From Candidatus Multivoradales bacterium (GTDB taxonomy: Bacteria > Acidobacteriota > Thermoanaerobaculia > Multivoradales > JAHEKO01), in contig CBDFIJ010000004.1 of NCBI GenBank assembly GCA_965248055.1, positions 1,952,001 through 2,016,000 on the forward strand: a stretch of DNA of 64,000 bases, read 5' to 3'. The notes beneath the pieces were generated by a model. That model did not search any database, was not told the origin of the DNA, and saw nothing but the letters and a program-made list of their open reading frames with translations. Made by a program: the position numbers and the translations under genes. Shown here one piece after another: positions 58,749-64,000 of the stretch. The stretch's first letter is position 1. Each line of letters opens with the position of its first letter.

Positions 58749-60317
58749 ATGAAACTGGTCGCTCAGCTTGCTCGTCAAGGTAGTGGCACAGCAGATATTG
58801 CTTTGACAGGAGAGCTAATCGATTTATACCAACCACTAGCAGTAGGTTCGGTAGCCCGAGGACCAGCGGAATATCCGCGCCAGAAGCTCGCCGAGGCGCT
58901 CGGTTTGGCGAATCAAAAGTGGGGACATACGCGAGCAGAGAACTTATCGCAATCTCTAGCGGTTCCCAGCACTAAAGTGATCGTGACGGGGCAGCAGCCA
59001 GGGATTTTCGGCGGGCCTTTTTATACGGTGATCAAAGCCTTGACGGCGACTCTACTTGCCGAGCAAATGGAGCAAGCTGGTCAACCAGCGGTGGCTGTTT
59101 TTTGGATCGCCGGAGAGGATCATGACTTCCGAGAAGTCTCGTCGGCCACTTGGTTGGAAAGGGGTCGCGTCCGCCAGGAAACTCTTGGGAAAGACGCCAG
59201 TCCGTTGCTGCCGGTGGGCCAACGACACCTGGGGCCAGCGACCGAAGAGCTTGTTGCTCAGTGGGCAGAGGTCTCCCAGAGCGGCTATTGGCAGCAAGAG
59301 GCACAGCGCCTGGCTGTGCACTACCATTCAGAAGCAACCTTTAGTGGGGCGTTCGCGGCTTATTTGGTGAGCGTTCTCGGAGAGAAATGTCCGCTGCTTC
59401 TCGATTCGCAGAATTCGGTGGTGAAAGGCTTGGAGCAACCTCTTCTCCGCAGATTGATCGAAGAACGTGAGATTGTGACGGAGCAATTGTCTAACCAAGA
59501 TGAACGTATTCGAGCGCTAGGATTGTCACCACAAATTCGCTCTCGACCGGGTTCGGCTCCTCTATTTCTCCACCACGATGGGCGTCGAAAACGGATTTTG
59601 TGGCGAGAGGGAGGCTTCGTAATAGACGAGAACAGCAGTGTACGGTCGGTGGAAGAATTGCTCGATATGTTGGAGGCGAACCCGGAATCGGTAAGTCCAA
59701 GCGCATTGGCTCGCCCGGCCATTCAAGACGCGTTGCTGGGAACTTCATTGTTTGTGGTTGGTCCCGGTGAGTTGGCCTATATGGCTCAAGCTGCGCCGCT
59801 CTATGAAGTCTTGGAGGTGAGTGCTCCTGGGTTGGTGCTACGGCCATCTGTGGCGATAGCGCCAAAACGAAAACTTGACCAAATGACGGCCGCCGACTTG
59901 CCTCTTGAAGTGCTGATGGCTGGTGAGAACGACCTAGAGACGGCCCTCGCTCGTCTCTCTGGGTCGAATCCAGTGTTCGACGCAAAGACCAATATGGAAA
60001 CAACTCTCGAGCAATTGCGAACGCCGCTATCTGCGCTGCACCCGGACCTCGCGCAGGCGCTAGAGAAAACTAAGGTTAACGTAGCCAAGGCGATGGAGCG
60101 GTTAGGAACGCGAGTTGATCGCGAGTTGGCGCAGCAGGACGAAACGACGGCACATCGCGCACGGGAAGTGCAGCAGTTACTGTCCCCTGGGGGCAATCCT
60201 CAAGAAAGAGTATTTTCAACTGCGTTTCTACTGGCGCGCTTCGGTCCTGACCTTCCTCTTCAACTGAGCCAAGCGCTCAAGTTGGAACCGGGGCAGATGC
60301 AACTGATGGCGGTATGA
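58749..60317 (+). CDS. bshC: Bacillithiol cysteine-adding enzyme
   Basis: VTGQQPGIFGGP, FWIAGEDHD, SPSALARP, GPGELAYMAQ, PQER. Confidence 0.9.
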   Translation: MKLVAQLARQGSGTADIALTGELIDLYQPLAVGSVARGPAEYPRQKLAEALGLANQKWGHTRAENLSQSLAVPSTKVIVTGQQPGIFGGPFYTVIKALTATLLAEQMEQAGQPAVAVFWIAGEDHDFREVSSATWLERGRVRQETLGKDASPLLPVGQRHLGPATEELVAQWAEVSQSGYWQQEAQRLAVHYHSEATFSGAFAAYLVSVLGEKCPLLLDSQNSVVKGLEQPLLRRLIEEREIVTEQLSNQDERIRALGLSPQIRSRPGSAPLFLHHDGRRKRILWREGGFVIDENSSVRSVEELLDMLEANPESVSPSALARPAIQDALLGTSLFVVGPGELAYMAQAAPLYEVLEVSAPGLVLRPSVAIAPKRKLDQMTAADLPLEVLMAGENDLETALARLSGSNPVFDAKTNMETTLEQLRTPLSALHPDLAQALEKTKVNVAKAMERLGTRVDRELAQQDETTAHRAREVQQLLSPGGNPQERVFSTAFLLARFGPDLPLQLSQALKLEPGQMQLMAV

Positions 60318-60344
60318 CTTCAGAAAAACGGTGGGCAAAGATAA

Positions 60345-61070
60345 ATGAATCTCGAAGTACTAGCAATTGGTGCACACCCAGACGATATTGAACTGGGCTG
60401 CGGTGGGATGTTGGCCTTGTTGGCAAATGCTGGACATCGCGTTGGCTCGCTCCACCTGACGAGCGGGGAGGCGGGCACTCGCGGAACGCCCGATGAGCGA
60501 CGCGAAGAAGCGAGAGAAGCTGCGAAGGCGCTTGGAGTCTCGCATGTCGAGTTCCTTGATTTCGGCGATGGAGCACTGCGAACGGGGAAAGATGAGGAAG
60601 ATGTACTGATTGCCGTTCTTCGTCGATTGCGCCCCGAGATGGTTCTAGGCCCTGCGCAGCGTGACCGCCATCCAGATCATGGGAGGGCCTATCGTTTGGT
60701 TGTGGATGCTTGTTTCTATGCTGGGTTGCAGAAAAGAAATGTAGGCCAAGCCCACCGTCCTGCAGCGGTATTTAGCTATCTGCAACACGACGATGCCCGA
60801 CCTAGCTTTATCGTCGACATCACTGAGACCTGGGCGCAAAAGATGGCTGCCCTAGATGCCTACGAGAGTCAGATTCATCGACCAGGCCGCAGGGAACAGC
60901 GGGCCGAGCCCCAGACCAAGATTTCCTCATCTATGTTTCGTGCCGCTGTCGAGGGACGGGCGCGACACTTCGGCCAACAAATTGGGGTTGAGTTTGGAGA
61001 ACCTTTCCTGAGTGCCGGACCGTTAGCGGTACAGGATCCCTTTTCGTTGATCTCCAAGGGGCTACGATGA
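60345..61070 (+). CDS. bshB1: Bacillithiol deacetylase
   Basis: AHPDDIELGC, GEAGTRG, DRHPDH, synteny. Confidence 0.92.
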   Translation: MNLEVLAIGAHPDDIELGCGGMLALLANAGHRVGSLHLTSGEAGTRGTPDERREEAREAAKALGVSHVEFLDFGDGALRTGKDEEDVLIAVLRRLRPEMVLGPAQRDRHPDHGRAYRLVVDACFYAGLQKRNVGQAHRPAAVFSYLQHDDARPSFIVDITETWAQKMAALDAYESQIHRPGRREQRAEPQTKISSSMFRAAVEGRARHFGQQIGVEFGEPFLSAGPLAVQDPFSLISKGLR

Positions 61071-62185
61071 AGGTCTTGATCAGTTGCTATCCGACCATGG
61101 GTGGCTCGGGAGTGATTGCCACAGAGTTGGCGATGGCGTTGGCAGCATCTGGTGACGAGGTCCACGTTGTCAGTTATGCGATGCCATCCAGGCTTCAATT
61201 GGTCCACCCGAGGCTATTTTTCCACCAGGTGGAGGTACCTAAATATCCACTTTTTGAGTATCCACCTTATTCCTTAGCGTTGGCAACGACCATGGTAGAC
61301 GTGGTTAAGAATCAAGATGTCGACCTCGTACACGTCCACTATGCGGTCCCCAATGCGGTATCAGCCGTACTGGCCCGGCAAATCTTGGCCCCTCGCTCGG
61401 TCAAAGTTGTGACCACCTTGCACGGCACCGACATAACCTTGGTCGGCAATGATCCCAGTTACCTTGCGACAACTCGTTTTGGTATCGACGAAAGCGACGA
61501 AGTAACCGCCGTGTCCCAAGCCTTGGCCGAGACGACCCGCAGTGAGTTCGGCATTTCGCGCCCCATCACCGTGGTTCCGAACTTCATTGACCCTACTCGG
61601 TATCAAGGCTTGGACCCTGAGGGTGCCCAGCGGTGGCGGCAAGACGGCGAGAAGATTCTGATTCATGTTTCCAATTTTCGTCCCGTCAAGCGGCTTTGGG
61701 ATGTCATCCGAACATTCCGTTTGGTCAACGAACAGATCCCTTCGCGGTTGCTGTTGGTCGGCGATGGGCCTGAACGGGTGCGTGCAGAACGAGAGTGTCG
61801 CAAACTTGATATCTGCGACCGAGTGGTGTTTCTGGGAAACGTCGGCGCGATCGAGGAAGTTGTCAGTGGTGCAGACCTATTGCTGCTTCCGTCAGAGACC
61901 GAGTCTTTTGGGCTAGTGGCTTTGGAGGCGATGGCGGCTGGCGTGCCAGTCATCGCTACCGAGGTCGGCGGTCTTCCGGAGGTTGTGCAACACGGGGTCC
62001 ACGGTTTTCTCCATCCGGTCGGAGGGGTGGAACAAATGGCCCAGAGCGCGGTCTCCTTGCTTACCGATTCGGATAGACATCGCGCGTTTTCTAATGCAGC
62101 GCGGGATCGGGCGATGACGGATTTCCCGCAAGACCGAGTGGTCGGCATGTACCGTGAGGTCTACCGAGCAGCTCTTGAACGCTGA
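61067..62185 (+). CDS. bshA: N-acetyl-alpha-D-glucosaminyl L-malate synthase
   Basis: CYPTMGGSGVIATEL, HVHYAVP, TTLHGTDITLVG, HVSNFRPVKR, ESFGLVALEAMA. Confidence 0.95.
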   Translation: MKVLISCYPTMGGSGVIATELAMALAASGDEVHVVSYAMPSRLQLVHPRLFFHQVEVPKYPLFEYPPYSLALATTMVDVVKNQDVDLVHVHYAVPNAVSAVLARQILAPRSVKVVTTLHGTDITLVGNDPSYLATTRFGIDESDEVTAVSQALAETTRSEFGISRPITVVPNFIDPTRYQGLDPEGAQRWRQDGEKILIHVSNFRPVKRLWDVIRTFRLVNEQIPSRLLLVGDGPERVRAERECRKLDICDRVVFLGNVGAIEEVVSGADLLLLPSETESFGLVALEAMAAGVPVIATEVGGLPEVVQHGVHGFLHPVGGVEQMAQSAVSLLTDSDRHRAFSNAARDRAMTDFPQDRVVGMYREVYRAALER

Positions 62186-62768
62186 CTACCAGGCACCCAT
62201 TAGCCGGACGCGGAGTGAGATACGTGTCAAAGGATCTCGCTTTCTCGCCATCATCGAACCGGTTCTGACGCCCAACGAGGCCATGCAACAGATCGCGAAA
62301 CTACGCGCAGAGCACTCCTCAGCAACCCATCTGTGCTGGGCGTGGCGCCTTGGGAGAGAGGCCCAGGAACGCTGTTCAGATGCTGGAGAGCCTTGGGGTA
62401 CCGCTGGAAAGCCGCTCTTGAGCGTTCTGTCCGGCGCTGCGGTTTCCGATGCTCTAGTCGGGGTAGCCAGGTGGTTTGGTGGCACCAAGTTGGGCCGAGG
62501 CGGCCTGGTAAGAGCATATGCGGAGGTAGCCCGAGCCGCTCTTGAGGAATGCAGTCTGGAAAGTCGGCTCCCGGTTGTTACGGTTGGATTGCACGCGAGC
62601 TACGGCCAATGGGGCGCCGTTGAGCGTTTGGTAGCGTCCCTGAAGGGTGAAATGGACGCAGCGTTTGGCGAGGTGGTCTCCGCTAAGGTCACCGTTCACG
62701 CGGCGGATTCGCAGGAACTGGTTGCCCGACTTGCGGATCTGGGAGTGCTCTCGGTGGAAGAAGGTTAG
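62154..62768 (+). CDS. yigZ: YigZ/IMPACT family protein
   Basis: KGSRF, ATH, SDAGEPWGTAGKP, RWFGGTKLGRGGLVRAY; exact start uncertain. Confidence 0.9.
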   Translation: MRSTEQLLNADYQAPISRTRSEIRVKGSRFLAIIEPVLTPNEAMQQIAKLRAEHSSATHLCWAWRLGREAQERCSDAGEPWGTAGKPLLSVLSGAAVSDALVGVARWFGGTKLGRGGLVRAYAEVARAALEECSLESRLPVVTVGLHASYGQWGAVERLVASLKGEMDAAFGEVVSAKVTVHAADSQELVARLADLGVLSVEEG

Positions 62769-62933
62769 GTGATGGAAGTTCCGATCAACCCGGTGGAGCC
62801 TACTGGTAGCTATGGGATCGACCCACGTCGAACCGTCGCCAAGTCGACTGGCCTTGTCACATATGCGAAGCGCAACTACACTCAACCGAAGCTTGCGGCT
62901 TGCAAAGCTAGAGAAAACTAAGGAGGTTGGTTG

Positions 62934-63341
62934 ATGAGTGACCACGAAGTTTCTAACGATTCCGCCGAATCGAACGGCGCCACTGAATCCGCGCCACCCC
63001 CGCCCCCACCCTCTTCCGCCCCCGCGAACGAAGGTCCCGAGAACAAGAGTCTGATGTTGGTCTTGTCGTACTTGTGGATCTTGGCGCTGATCCCACTGTT
63101 GGTAGAGAAAGACAGCGAGGTGCAATGGCACGCCAAGAATGGCCTGGTATGGACTATCGCCGAGTTTCTAATGCACGTAGTGCTGACGATTCTGGGTATG
63201 GCTACCGCATTTGTTGGTTGTTTTCTGGGTCCGGTCTTGATGTTTGGCTGGTTGATCGTACGTATTTTGGGAATTATGAAGGCACTCAAAGGTGATCGCC
63301 TTGAATTGCCGGTACTTTCTCAGTTCAACGAGAAGTTTTAG
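62934..63341 (+). CDS. DUF4870-like membrane protein with Pro-rich N-terminus
   Basis: LSYL..LIPLL..KD..VQWHAKNG pattern, 3 TM helices; AAGGAGG RBS. Confidence 0.72.
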   Translation: MSDHEVSNDSAESNGATESAPPPPPPSSAPANEGPENKSLMLVLSYLWILALIPLLVEKDSEVQWHAKNGLVWTIAEFLMHVVLTILGMATAFVGCFLGPVLMFGWLIVRILGIMKALKGDRLELPVLSQFNEKF

Positions 63342-63369
63342 CGTCAGCTGAGAACGGAGGACACAGAGG

Positions 63370-64000
63370 ATGAATCAACCACTCGGCAACGCCTGGGAGC
63401 GCCGGGGCGAGCACGGCTTCGTCAAGGGCTTGATCGGCGGACTCAAAGATTTTGTCACCCAGCCCGGGCAGACCTACGAGCAGACCCGACGGTCTGGCGA
63501 CTTGCTCAGCCCGCTGTTGTACGCTGTGATTTTAGGCGTAGTTGCCCAGGCTTTGGGATTGGTGTGGAAGATGTTGTTCGGACGCAACTGGATGCAATAC
63601 CTACCCCCGGAAGCCAGGGAACAAATGGATTCGTGGGGCGTTTTGGGAGCCACTTCCGCTGGCGGAGGTCTTGTTTGGTTGATTTTTGCCCCGTTGTTCA
63701 TTGTCGTGGTGCTGTTTATCTGGGCGGCAATTCTGCATCTCTGTTTGCTGGTAGTCGGGGGGCTCAAAGACTCTGAGGCCGGATTCGAAGGAACCTTGCG
63801 CAGCGTCTCGTACGCACAAACCGCAAGTTTGGCGCAGGTGATCCCGCTGATTGGGGGTTTGGTCGCCTTTGTTTGGATGATGGTCTTGACGGTGATCGGA
63901 TTCATTCGCCTGCACCGTACCAGCGAAGGCAAGGCGATCGTGGGGGTAGTGCTCCCGCTGCTGCTTTGTTGTGTCTGTGTTGTGGTGGCGATCGGATTCG
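63370..64000 (+). CDS. YIP1-family membrane protein (runs off the window end)
   Basis: Manual translation MNQPLGNAWERRGEHGFVKGL...LHLCLLVVGG...GFEGTLRSVSYA...IPLIG. Confidence 0.78.
   Translation, partial: MNQPLGNAWERRGEHGFVKGLIGGLKDFVTQPGQTYEQTRRSGDLLSPLLYAVILGVVAQALGLVWKMLFGRNWMQYLPPEAREQMDSWGVLGATSAGGGLVWLIFAPLFIVVVLFIWAAILHLCLLVVGGLKDSEAGFEGTLRSVSYAQTASLAQVIPLIGGLVAFVWMMVLTVIGFIRLHRTSEGKAIVGVVLPLLLCCVCVVVAIGF

Overview
Bacterial chromosomal window. Gene content (CRTAC1/TPR pair, bacillithiol genes, tail-fibre-like secreted proteins) is suggestive of an Acidobacteriota/Thermoanaerobaculia-like organism; this is inference only. 1-27 kb is mostly housekeeping: ybaB-dnaX-SRP RNA, tadA, two tRNA-Ser each followed by a ~91-bp repeat array, rpmH-rnpA-yidD-yidC-jag, an inverted rsmG preceded by a small stand-alone LAGLIDADG-like gene, a parS site with parAB, pyrDF, lepB, comEA, mtnA, tmRNA and dusB. 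About 27.0-58.5 kb is an accessory island. It holds a rearranged ISKra4-type element, nested IS5/IS1380 remnants, and a Wzx/Wzy glycan locus with one initiating transferase, only one further glycosyltransferase, four sulfotransferases, a sulfatase-like lipoprotein and a carbamoyltransferase module. The locus is bracketed by two related, signal-peptide-bearing phage-tail-fibre-like genes, one of them directly downstream of an ECF sigma/anti-sigma pair. 58.7-64 kb carries bshC-bshB1-bshA, yigZ and membrane proteins. Best candidates for new biology are the fibre plus sulfated-glycan island, the LAGLIDADG gene beside parS, and the tRNA-antisense repeat arrays. All protein calls come from motif recognition by eye; no database searches were run.
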